Shown: positions 25,711 to 34,442 of the stretch, piece after piece | Numbering within the stretch: position 1 is the stretch's first letter | Layout of the letters: every line of letters starts with the position of its first letter | The notes under the pieces: generated by a model | Database searches by the model: none | What the model saw: only the letters and a program-made list of their open reading frames with translations | Told to the model about the DNA's origin: nothing | From: Candidatus Pacearchaeota archaeon | GTDB lineage: Archaea > Nanobdellota > Nanobdellia > Pacearchaeales > GW2011-AR1 | Direction: 5' to 3' | Assembly (NCBI GenBank): GCA_018304985.1 | Contig: JAGVWP010000012.1 | Coordinates: forward strand, 1-46,899 | Length of the DNA stretch: 46,899 nt | Position numbers and translations under genes: made by a program

Positions 25711-26457
25711 CTAATTTAAATCAGCATAAATCAATCTATGATCAGATCTTCCTTCTAAATATCCTTTATCTTTAACATTAAATCCTCTTGCAAAAATATG
25801 ATCGCAATCTTTCCAAAAAAACCATTTCATGATTGGAGTTAAACTGCATGTTTTTATCTGGTCTGAAAATAAACTAAAATCACCAAAATTATCCTTTAAA
25901 CTTAGATATGTTGAATTAAAATCTCCAGCTAGAACTACTCTTCCATTCAATTCTTCAATATACTCTTCTAAAAAAGCTATTTGTTCTAAATATAGGTGCT
26001 GTTTTTTTGGATTTGCTAGATGAACATTAATCATATTAAAGTCCAATTTAGGAAAATAACAATGAACAATTCCTCCGCCCCCACTCATCTCATCTTTAAC
26101 AGGAAAATCCAAAGTATGAACTTTAGAAACTTGTTTACAAGGAACTTTAGAAGCAATAGCCACTCTAACTTTTAGTTTACTGGATTTTGTTCTATGCCCA
26201 TTACCAAAGAAAACATAATCATATCCTGTTTCTCTTAAACCCTTCCCTAATTCAACTTCCTGACCTTCAAGTACCTCGCAGATACCAACAACATCTGCGT
26301 TAGACCTTGAAACTAAATCAAGAGTTCTAGAAATTTTTGCAGATTTATAAACAGATTTAGAGTTTCTCATGTAATGAATAGAATAATGCCCCGCTAAATT
26401 TGAAAATAAATTTCTGCCATTTAGCCCAAACATCTGATTGTAAACAGCTACCCTCAT
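25711..26457 (-). CDS. Endonuclease/exonuclease/phosphatase (EEP) family protein
   Basis: N-terminal ADVVGICEV, GDFNS, and C-terminal SDHRLIYADL. Confidence 0.65.
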   Translation of the reverse strand: MRVAVYNQMFGLNGRNLFSNLAGHYSIHYMRNSKSVYKSAKISRTLDLVSRSNADVVGICEVLEGQEVELGKGLRETGYDYVFFGNGHRTKSSKLKVRVAIASKVPCKQVSKVHTLDFPVKDEMSGGGGIVHCYFPKLDFNMINVHLANPKKQHLYLEQIAFLEEYIEELNGRVVLAGDFNSTYLSLKDNFGDFSLFSDQIKTCSLTPIMKWFFWKDCDHIFARGFNVKDKGYLEGRSDHRLIYADLN

Positions 26458-26507
26458 GTCAATTCTTAAAAGAAAGGCTATTTAAATATTAATACAATTA
26501 AAAATTC

Positions 26508-27209
26508 ATGAAATCCATCCTAGACATATTCTCAAAATCAGAAAAAGAAGAAAGACAGAGTGTTAAAGAAATTAATTTAGTTAAACCAAAGATTATTGTA
26601 GATCTTCACGAAAAAAACTCTTTAGTTGCCAGCGAACTTGCCAGCCTTGGCTGTAATGTCGAATTTAAGCATCTTCATATTGGAGATTATATAGTAAAAG
26701 ATGTTGTAATTGAAAGAAAAACAGTTTCAGACTTTATCGGTTCAATGATAAACCGAAGATTAATCAATCAATTACAACAAATGCAGCAAGTACAAAACAA
26801 ATTACTAATAATTGAAGGTATTGAAGAGCAGGAATTATATTCAAGTGATAAAGAAAATAACAAAGTTAATGAAAATGCAATTCGCGGAATGATGCTTTCA
26901 ATTGTTTTAAGTTTCCAAGTTCCAATTATCTTAACAAAAAACTACGAAGACACTGCTTCTTTTCTAAGCGTTCTTGCAAAAAAGCGTGAGAAAGAATTAA
27001 ACCTTAATTTTAAGAAAAAATCCCGCAATGTTAAAGAACAAATCCAGTATATTATTGAAGGTTTTCCCGGAATTGGCCCAAAAACTGCCAAAAAACTTCT
27101 GAAAGAGTTTAAGACAATTAAAAATATAATTAATGCAAGTGAAGAAGACTTGCAAAAAACCATTGGCAAAAAAGCAGATATTTTTAAGTTAATAGATAAA
27201 AACTATTGA
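26508..27209 (+). CDS. ERCC4-type nuclease (XPF/Hef nuclease domain plus HhH2)
   Basis: GDYIV...VIERKTVSDF (ERKxxxD signature). C-terminal GFPGIGPKTAKKLLKEFKTIKNIINASEEDL (tandem helix-hairpin-helix). Confidence 0.8.
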   Translation: MKSILDIFSKSEKEERQSVKEINLVKPKIIVDLHEKNSLVASELASLGCNVEFKHLHIGDYIVKDVVIERKTVSDFIGSMINRRLINQLQQMQQVQNKLLIIEGIEEQELYSSDKENNKVNENAIRGMMLSIVLSFQVPIILTKNYEDTASFLSVLAKKREKELNLNFKKKSRNVKEQIQYIIEGFPGIGPKTAKKLLKEFKTIKNIINASEEDLQKTIGKKADIFKLIDKNY

Positions 27210-27263
27210 AATACTAAAACCGCAAAACTTATATACTATATAATTATATAATTATATACTTAT

Positions 27264-27467
27264 ATGCCAACAACAATACAAATAGATGGGCAAACATTAA
27301 AACTGCTCAAAAAAATGAAAGAGGAATTAAATACTAAGTCATATAACGAAACAATTATAAAAATAGTTGTTAATTCTTCAAAAAAAGAGTCTTTAGCCGG
27401 ATTTCTAGGAAAAAAGTCTAGAAAAGAAATACTAAAGGACTTAAGAGATAAAAATGACAGATTCTAA
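27264..27467 (+). CDS. VapB-like antitoxin
   Basis: 67 aa. Overlaps the PIN gene by 14 nt. Confidence 0.55.
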   Translation: MPTTIQIDGQTLKLLKKMKEELNTKSYNETIIKIVVNSSKKESLAGFLGKKSRKEILKDLRDKNDRF

Positions 27468-27822
27468 ACTTTTAGATTCCTCTACTTGGTTAGGATATTT
27501 TCATAATAGAACATATTCTGAAACAATAGAATCTGAAGAAATGCTTCTGCTTTCTTCTCTTTCTTTATTTGAAATAAAAAAGAAGCTGATAAAAAACAAA
27601 CAAGAAAGCAACAAAATAATTAGAGCATTAGAATTTATTAAAAAAAGAAGTCTTATCATTGACGCAAATTCTGAAATTGCTGAAAGGGCTGTTGAAATAT
27701 CCATAAATAATAATCTATCTGCCGTGGATTCATTAATTTACTCAAGTGCTGTTGTTAACAATGCAATTTTAGTAACTCTTGATAATGATTTCAGAAATTT
27801 AAAGGGAATTATTGTATTGTAA
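27454..27822 (+). CDS. VapC-like PIN-domain toxin
   Basis: LLDSSTWLGYF (first acidic residue), SAVDSLIYSSA, VTLDNDF. Confidence 0.65.
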   Translation: MTDSKLLDSSTWLGYFHNRTYSETIESEEMLLLSSLSLFEIKKKLIKNKQESNKIIRALEFIKKRSLIIDANSEIAERAVEISINNNLSAVDSLIYSSAVVNNAILVTLDNDFRNLKGIIVL

Positions 27823-28206
27823 TTAGTTAAAATTATCTTCATAAGGCACAAACCAGCCATTATTAATAAACCAACCAACATCAATCCCATAATGCCTTCC
27901 TTTTTCTTGAGTTAATGGTATAGATTCTCTATCTAAGTCATTTGGAAATAATAAAACAGGAATATCAATATCATGTTGTGAAAACTGCCTTAACATTTCA
28001 GCTTTTATTTTTTCTAATAAATCAATATCAGGATAATTATAAAGAAAAATCTCATTGTATTTGCCATTACTAGGGTTATGAGATAATTTACGATTGCAAC
28101 AAGCAACAATTTCCTCAACTAAATTTCTCGAAAAATCATCTACTCTTGTATAAACTGGATAATTTTTTCTTTTTTCCTCTTTTCCCATCAAAATCCATGA
28201 AATCAT
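27823..28206 (-). CDS. Hypothetical protein
   Basis: 127-aa ORF with ordinary composition. No family recognised. Confidence 0.4.
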   Translation of the reverse strand: MISWILMGKEEKRKNYPVYTRVDDFSRNLVEEIVACCNRKLSHNPSNGKYNEIFLYNYPDIDLLEKIKAEMLRQFSQHDIDIPVLLFPNDLDRESIPLTQEKGRHYGIDVGWFINNGWFVPYEDNFN

Positions 28207-28314
28207 TAATTGCTTTTAAGCAATTCTATAAATCAAAATATACTTTATAAAACAAAAGAACTATAAAGCCTGAAATTCTTTATTGAGTATATTTTTCAAA
28301 ACCCTACAAGAGTT

Positions 28315-28851
28315 TTACATCCCCCTTACCATAAGCAAATCAGAATATTTTGCCCCTTGCTTTGTCAGCTCTGATTCTTTCAAAGAAATATTATCAACTT
28401 TAAACTTCATCTTCTCAAAACTAATCTTCTTAAGTTCATTGATAAAAACCTGTTTGTCCTCAACAAATTTTGGTCTTGCTAAAGTTACATGAGCCATAAA
28501 TCTGTTTTCAGGAGGAAAAATATCTTCTAACATTTTATCAACCTGTTTTTGAATTTCAAACATTTCCTTTCCATTTAATCCAATCCAGACAATTCTTATA
28601 AAATCCTCTGAAAACACTCCCAATTCTCCAAGCTCTGCTTCAAAAGGATCAAATTTTATGCTTCCCAATCTCTCTTTAACAGCTTCCAGTTCAGATCTGG
28701 AAATCTCTCCAAGAAACTTCAGAGTTAAATGTAAATTCTCAAATTCAGTAAACTTTCCTTTAATCAAGGCTAATTTATCTATCTCCTTCTGAATCTTAGT
28801 CAATTCTTGTTTAACATTTTCCGGCATTTCAATTGCAATAAAAGCTCTCAT
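28315..28851 (-). CDS. 2H phosphoesterase (LigT/ThpR-like 2'-5' RNA ligase family)
   Basis: Two HxTx motifs, HLTLKFLG and HVTLAR, in a 178-aa protein. Confidence 0.8.
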   Translation of the reverse strand: MRAFIAIEMPENVKQELTKIQKEIDKLALIKGKFTEFENLHLTLKFLGEISRSELEAVKERLGSIKFDPFEAELGELGVFSEDFIRIVWIGLNGKEMFEIQKQVDKMLEDIFPPENRFMAHVTLARPKFVEDKQVFINELKKISFEKMKFKVDNISLKESELTKQGAKYSDLLMVRGM

Positions 28852-28919
28852 ATCTAAATCTCTAATAATATATATTAAACTTATATTTAAACTTTGGGAA
28901 TTTAAATATTAAGAATATT

Positions 28920-28968
28920 CTGAAATCATACTATACTTTTACCTAATTTATTCGAGAAAGTTACTATG
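28920..28968 (+). repeat. Intergenic composite repeat, B/T module only
   Basis: ctgaaatcatactatacttttacctaatttattcgagaaagttactatg. Confidence 0.7.
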
Positions 28969-29077
28969 TTTTAAATTTAAGCTATTCAATATTCAATTAA
29001 TTTTTTTATATTTTCAAAACTTAAAAGAATAACTGCGTAATGCTTGAGCAAAAAGAAAGAATGAAGCAGACAAATTA

Positions 29078-29098
29078 CACGCGAACGAAGTGAGCGTG
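29078..29098 (-). terminator. GC-rich hairpin immediately after the stop of 29100..29921
   Basis: cacgc-gaacgaagtga-gcgtg. Homologous to 1741-1761, with a compensatory stem change and 8 of 11 loop identities. Confidence 0.4.
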
Positions 29099-29099
29099 T

Positions 29100-29921
29100 T
29101 CAAACAATAACTTCCTCAACAATCTTTGCTCCTAATTTAACACAATTATTGTTTATATCTCTTTCTGTATTTATCTCAGTAACATCAATAACTCTCAAGT
29201 TCTTTAATAAATTCAATCTTTGCAGAAAATAAATCAATTGTCTTGTAGTCAGACCAGCAGCTTCAGGTCTTGCAACTCCTGGCACAAAAATACTGTCAAC
29301 AACATCAATATCAATAGAAATATACAACTGATTGTCTTTATCAGCATTAGCCAATTCCATAATAATATCACACATTTCTTCAATTTCAATTAAATCTCTC
29401 ATATTGTATATTTTTACATTATTTTTTTTCAAAAAAGCATTTTCTTCATTGCTGCTTTTTCTCAAACCAATTAAAATTACCTTGTTTCCAGGAAAACCAT
29501 CTTCTATAAGTTTTCTCAGCCAGTTTCTGCTGTTTATATAATCTTCATTTAACTCGTCATTTTCGCAATCAGCATGAGCATCAAAAACAATTAAAAATGC
29601 CTCTTTATCCTCTTCCTTACATATCTCTCTAAAAGCTTTAATAGTGCTATAACTCGCTGAATGATCTCCTCCAATAAAGATTATTCTTTCATTACTCTCT
29701 ATTTCCTCTAAAGAATTTTCATAAATTAAAGAGTGTGCTTCAGGAAGATCATTATTATCTAAATGAATCTCTTCTAATATTAAATTATCTTTCTCTATTT
29801 TCCTTCCATTTTCAGTTGTAATTGTCTTAGGAAGCTCTGCAATTACAGCGTTACCACTTGATTTAGAGCCTTTACTTTCTGGCAGACTTTCAATCGGAAT
29901 TTTTATCAGCATCATTTTCAA
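29100..29921 (-). CDS. Arginase/agmatinase-family ureohydrolase
   Basis: Metal-binding motifs GGDHSASY, FDAHADC, SIDIDVVD. Confidence 0.7.
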   Translation of the reverse strand: MKMMLIKIPIESLPESKGSKSSGNAVIAELPKTITTENGRKIEKDNLILEEIHLDNNDLPEAHSLIYENSLEEIESNERIIFIGGDHSASYSTIKAFREICKEEDKEAFLIVFDAHADCENDELNEDYINSRNWLRKLIEDGFPGNKVILIGLRKSSNEENAFLKKNNVKIYNMRDLIEIEEMCDIIMELANADKDNQLYISIDIDVVDSIFVPGVARPEAAGLTTRQLIYFLQRLNLLKNLRVIDVTEINTERDINNNCVKLGAKIVEEVIV

Positions 29922-30059
29922 AACAAAGAAAACGCCTTTTTATAGTTTTATTTACCAAATTGAAAATAATAAAAACAAAGGATTTATAAATATGTAAGTA
30001 CATGTTAGAACATAATATTAATGTTATAAAATAGGTAAAATATGCAATAAAAATATAAA

Positions 30060-30284
30060 ATGAAAGACAAAAAACACATGGTTAAAATAAGAAAGAAAAG
30101 AATAAAAGCTCTTAAAAAGCAGATAGAAAAGCATGAAGACAAAATTAAAACAGAAAAAGGCAGATTGGACACCACTAAAGATTATTGGAGAAAGGAAATA
30201 GATAGCAAATTTTTAAGGAGAATTGAAGAAGATGAAGATTTTTTGGATGATTTGGACAATGAAAACTATTCAGAGGAAAAATAA
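30060..30284 (+). CDS. Small charged coiled-coil protein
   Basis: 74 aa, K/E-rich. Its stop overlaps the next start (ATAATG). Confidence 0.4.
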   Translation: MKDKKHMVKIRKKRIKALKKQIEKHEDKIKTEKGRLDTTKDYWRKEIDSKFLRRIEEDEDFLDDLDNENYSEEK

Positions 30285-31066
30285 TGGAAATTCAAATAAA
30301 AAAAACAGTCAAGGCAGGTAATTCTTCAGCAGTAATACTTCCAAGAGCATGGCTTGACAAAGAAGTCAGGGTTGAAATTATTAAAAAAACTCGCCAAGCT
30401 ATGTTGTTAGATATAATAAATATTTTAAATCAACATATACCTTTAGAAAACATAATTGGAATTTATCTGACAGGAAGCTATGCAAGAAGAGATGAAGGAA
30501 AGAACAGCGACATAGATATACTAATTATAACAAATAATATTGATAAAGATATAATTAAAGAAGGAATTTACAATATCTTAATAATTTCATCAAAGTTATT
30601 GGATCAAAAATTAAAAGAAGACCTGCTGCCAATAGGCCAAATGATAAGAGAGGCCAGGCCCATCCTAAATTCAACTTATATTGCTTCAATTTCAATAAAA
30701 GCAACAAAAAAGAATATAGATTGGTACATGAAAACAACTGAAGATAAGCTAAAAATAATAAAAAAAGCTATTGATAAATTAAAAAGCCAAAATAAGAAGT
30801 ATATAAGTGATCTTGTAGCCTACACACTTATTTTAAGAATAAGAACATTATTTATAATTAATAAAATAATAAAAAATGAGGAATATTCAAAAAAAGAATT
30901 TATTAAGCTAATTAGAAAAATTTCAGGCGGAACAAACACTTATGAAGGCTATTTAGCTATAAAAAACAATTATGAAAGAAAAACAGGAATTAAAATAGAC
31001 GAAGCCAGTAGCTTATATATCTATTTAGAAAAACAATTATCAGAATTGAAAAAGACTTTCAAATAA
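30284..31066 (+). CDS. AbrB-like domain fused to a minimal nucleotidyltransferase and a helical C-domain
   Basis: VKAGNSSAVILPRAWLDKEVRVEI (AbrB/SpoVT-like). GSYARRDEGKNSDIDILIIT (NTase). Confidence 0.6.
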   Translation: MEIQIKKTVKAGNSSAVILPRAWLDKEVRVEIIKKTRQAMLLDIINILNQHIPLENIIGIYLTGSYARRDEGKNSDIDILIITNNIDKDIIKEGIYNILIISSKLLDQKLKEDLLPIGQMIREARPILNSTYIASISIKATKKNIDWYMKTTEDKLKIIKKAIDKLKSQNKKYISDLVAYTLILRIRTLFIINKIIKNEEYSKKEFIKLIRKISGGTNTYEGYLAIKNNYERKTGIKIDEASSLYIYLEKQLSELKKTFK

Positions 31067-31096
31067 ATTTATAAATACTGATCATATTAATATTTC

Positions 31097-31465
31097 ATGA
31101 AAAGCGAAACAGGAGCATTGCTTACAAAAATAGCGGCAATAATTGATTTTGTAGCAGCAGGCATAATTCTATTAGTTGGAATAGTTGCAGCTATTTTAAT
31201 CGGTTCGGGAGTTGGAACAATAGAAAATAATATTCCAAGGGATTTCTTAGCTATATTGATCTTCTTGGTTCTTTTGCTTGCCTCAGTAGTTGTTTTAATT
31301 ATAGGCTTATTGCTTTACAAAGCATCTAAGAAAATGCTTAATCCAAAGACAACAAGAAACGGTGCGATTTGGACAATTATTCTGGGAGTAATAACTTTAG
31401 GAAATATCTCTGGAATTCTTGCATTAATCGGTGGAATAATCGGATTGAGTGATGCTAATAAGTGA
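31097..31465 (+). CDS. Small membrane protein
   Basis: 122 aa with four hydrophobic helices. Overlaps the next gene. Confidence 0.5.
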   Translation: MKSETGALLTKIAAIIDFVAAGIILLVGIVAAILIGSGVGTIENNIPRDFLAILIFLVLLLASVVVLIIGLLLYKASKKMLNPKTTRNGAIWTIILGVITLGNISGILALIGGIIGLSDANK

Positions 31466-31716
31466 TCAAAATGGACAATCAAAAAACAGGAATTAAAATA
31501 ATATTAATAATCATAACAATAGTCATCCCAATAATGTTGATTATTATGTGGCTAGGATTTGGAACAATAACAAATTCATCAGGAGAAAAAGTAGAAATGA
31601 CTTTGTTTCCAAAAACAATAATAAGTATCGGAGGATTAATTATAATAATACTTGGTTGGATTCAATTTAAACACCAGCAGAATAGAGATATAAAAAATGC
31701 ACCAAGAAATAACTGA
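31462..31716 (+). CDS. Small membrane protein
   Basis: 84 aa with two TM helices. Overlapping gene boundaries. Confidence 0.45.
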   Translation: MIKMDNQKTGIKIILIIITIVIPIMLIIMWLGFGTITNSSGEKVEMTLFPKTIISIGGLIIIILGWIQFKHQQNRDIKNAPRNN

Positions 31717-31993
31717 AAATCAGCAAAAGGAAAATGTTGGAAATAGATTACTTTCCACAGGATATAAATTAAGTGGATGGTATCTTAGATTAAGGATAAT
31801 AGGACCAATAGTTATAGCTGTAATTGGATTATTAATTGTAATATTTGGAATATATTCTTTAATTACTAATTTAGAAGCTGTAAAAAGTGGACAGGTTATA
31901 ATTCTTGGAATAATACTTTTAGTTTTAGGAATTTTAGTAGCTTGGCTTTATTGGTGGAGATCAAAATCTCTTGTTAAAGGAAGATTTTATTAA
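31697..31993 (+). CDS. Small membrane protein
   Basis: 98 aa with two TM helices. Confidence 0.45.
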   Translation: MHQEITENQQKENVGNRLLSTGYKLSGWYLRLRIIGPIVIAVIGLLIVIFGIYSLITNLEAVKSGQVIILGIILLVLGILVAWLYWWRSKSLVKGRFY

Positions 31994-32050
31994 TTCTGCC
32001 ATTACCATAAGCTTAAAAGAGCATTTATTTTATAATTATTGAATTGAAAT

Positions 32051-33454
32051 ATGAAAAGTTTTAAAGAATTAGGATTAAGCCACGCTTTTTTAAAAAATCT
32101 TGAAGAATTTAAGTTTGGAGAACCAACTGAAATTCAGGAAAAAGTCATTCCTCTGGCACTTCAAGGAAAAGATATTATAGGAGCAAGCGCAACAGGCTCT
32201 GGAAAAACTCTGGCATTTGGCGCTCCAATAATTGAAAATTTAAAAAAGAAAGGTTTTTTGCAGGCATTAATAGTCGTGCCAACAAGAGAGTTAGCGGAGC
32301 AAGTATCCCGAAGCCTTAGAGCTTTTTCAAAACAACACTCTCTAAAAGTATTGTCAATTTACGGAGGCGTTTCCCTAAACCCTCAAATTGAAGATTTAAG
32401 ATATGCAGATATTGTTGTTGGCACTCCTGGAAGAATTCTAGATCATATTTCAAGGCGAACAATTGATTTATCAAAAATTAACTTTTTAGTACTGGATGAA
32501 GCAGATAGAATGCTGGATATGGGATTTATTGATGATGTTTTTACAATAATTGAGCACTGTCCTGCTAAAAGGCAGACCATGCTGTTTTCTGCAACTATTT
32601 CTCAGGAAATTGCAGTAATTGCAAAAAGATATATGAATCATCCTGTTGAAATTCATGTTGAATCTTATGTTGATGCCTCAAAATTAGAGCAGGTTTTTTA
32701 TGATGTGCCGCAAAATGAAAAATTTTCCCTGCTAGTTCACTTACTTAAAGATGAAAAATCAAATCTTGTAATGGTTTTCTGCAGCACAAAGAGAAATGCA
32801 GATTTTATAGGCAAGAACTTAAGAAAACTAAGCTTTGATGCAATGGCTTTACATGGAGACTTAAGCCAGAATAAAAGAAATAAAATCCTGGAATATTTTC
32901 ATAAAAGCAGCAAGTTTGTGCTTGTCTGCACAGATGTTGCTGCCAGAGGACTAGATATTAAAAATGTATCTCATGTTTACAATTATGACTCTCCAAAAAA
33001 CAACACAGAATATATTCATAGAGTTGGAAGAACTGCAAGAGCAGGCAAAGAAGGAAAGGCAATTACAATTCTAGGAAGAATGGATTATGATAATTTCAGG
33101 CGAGTTCTTCAAGACGGCTCTTTAAAAATAACAAAACTTCCAACTCCTGAATTTGAAAGAATTCAAATTAAAATGTCAGATCACAGAAGAGAAAGTGGAA
33201 GAGCTTATGGAAGAAGTTATGGAAAAGAAAGGCGAGATGAAAGAAAATATTTTGGCAGATCAAGAAGTGATGAGGAAAGCGATAGAGTTAAAAGATCAAG
33301 TAGTTCTAATTTCAGGCACAATGGAAGAAGTTTTGGCAGGAGCGATAGCAGATCAAGAAGTAGATTTGGAAGTAGTAGAGGCAGAGATAACAAGCATTCC
33401 TCAAGAAGCCATGATTCAAGATCTCATAATCATAATAGAAGCAGATTTAGATAA
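32051..33454 (+). CDS. DEAD-box RNA helicase with an R/S/G-rich C-terminal tail
   Basis: Q motif (F..PTEIQ), ATGSGKT, PTRELA, DEAD, SAT, HRVGRTARAG. The tail from about 33173 is RS/RG-rich. Confidence 0.9.
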   Translation: MKSFKELGLSHAFLKNLEEFKFGEPTEIQEKVIPLALQGKDIIGASATGSGKTLAFGAPIIENLKKKGFLQALIVVPTRELAEQVSRSLRAFSKQHSLKVLSIYGGVSLNPQIEDLRYADIVVGTPGRILDHISRRTIDLSKINFLVLDEADRMLDMGFIDDVFTIIEHCPAKRQTMLFSATISQEIAVIAKRYMNHPVEIHVESYVDASKLEQVFYDVPQNEKFSLLVHLLKDEKSNLVMVFCSTKRNADFIGKNLRKLSFDAMALHGDLSQNKRNKILEYFHKSSKFVLVCTDVAARGLDIKNVSHVYNYDSPKNNTEYIHRVGRTARAGKEGKAITILGRMDYDNFRRVLQDGSLKITKLPTPEFERIQIKMSDHRRESGRAYGRSYGKERRDERKYFGRSRSDEESDRVKRSSSSNFRHNGRSFGRSDSRSRSRFGSSRGRDNKHSSRSHDSRSHNHNRSRFR

Positions 33455-33488
33455 ACGAAACATTTATAAATATATAACAACTATATAA

Positions 33489-33710
33489 TTGACTATGGAA
33501 ACTACAATACAAATAAGCAAGGAGTTGCTTAACAAACTTGCTGAAATGAAAATGCACGAAAAAGAAAGTTATGAAAGTATAGTATGGGATTTAATAGAAG
33601 ATAGGCTTGAGTTTTCAGAAGAAACAAAAAATAATATTAAGGCCTCTGAAAAGGAAATAAAAGCCGGAAAGACAATTTCCCTTAATTTAATAAAACAAAA
33701 AATGAGGTAA
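33489..33710 (+). CDS. Antitoxin, partner of a RelE/ParE-like toxin
   Basis: 73 aa, 1 nt upstream of the toxin gene. TTG start in the ORF track. Confidence 0.5.
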   Translation: MTMETTIQISKELLNKLAEMKMHEKESYESIVWDLIEDRLEFSEETKNNIKASEKEIKAGKTISLNLIKQKMR

Positions 33711-33711
33711 A

Positions 33712-33960
33712 ATGTATTCTGTTGAATTTTCAGAAACAGCAGAAAAGGAATTTAATAAGCTTGAGGAGAATGTTCAATTTAGGGTTGTAAATGTTATGGA
33801 AAGAATAAGAATCAGGCCTTATCATTTTATAAAAAGAAAAGAAGGAACAAGCTATTTTATAGCAAGAATAGGGGGACATAGGGCAATTCTGAGCATAGAT
33901 GATGTAAGAAAAACAATTTTTGTTCTTGAAGTTGGCCACAGAAAAAATATTTATGATTAA
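33712..33960 (+). CDS. RelE/ParE-family toxin
   Basis: FIARIGGHRAILSIDDVRKTIFVLEVGHRKNIYD is a typical RelE C-terminus. Confidence 0.7.
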   Translation: MYSVEFSETAEKEFNKLEENVQFRVVNVMERIRIRPYHFIKRKEGTSYFIARIGGHRAILSIDDVRKTIFVLEVGHRKNIYD

Positions 33961-34032
33961 TGCCCTATGATTCGGAAATACTAAAGATTAACTTCATATA
34001 TTCTTTCTTTAATTAAAATAGTATTATATTAC

Positions 34033-34350
34033 TTAAAAATAAAGATTATATGCTATTAAGAAAATAAAAGCTATGAGAGTTATTAAGAATAGTATTCCAA
34101 TAGTGTAGCTTAATAATAAAATTGCTTCTCTCTTTTTTCCATCCATATATAGCATTATAGACTTTCCAAAAACCAAAAATCCGGTGATAGCTGCTGAAGA
34201 CACAAAGAGTAAAAGCATGGCAATTGGGATGATTACTATATCTTCTTTTGGAGCTAAAACTTGAAGAGAAAATATAAAGGATACTACTAAAATGATATAG
34301 GCAGCAGTTCCAACCGAATCAATAAAAGCTCTTTTTATAATTTTGCTCAT
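34033..34350 (-). CDS. Small membrane protein
   Basis: 105 aa with three TM helices. Confidence 0.45.
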   Translation of the reverse strand: MSKIIKRAFIDSVGTAAYIILVVSFIFSLQVLAPKEDIVIIPIAMLLLFVSSAAITGFLVFGKSIMLYMDGKKREAILLLSYTIGILFLITLIAFIFLIAYNLYF

Positions 34351-34442
34351 AAAAATAAATATATTTACTTCTTTTAAAGATTTGTATTGATTGTCAGAAA
34401 TTAATCGTAGAGATTAACTCCCCAACATTTTCCTCGATGAAA

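Noticed and set aside
33153-33488. 111-aa plus-strand ORF overlapping the 3' end of the DEAD-box gene
   Set aside because: It is an alternative frame of the R/S/G-rich repetitive tail (E/V/M-rich output) and lies entirely inside a well-supported gene, so it is treated as a frame artefact.
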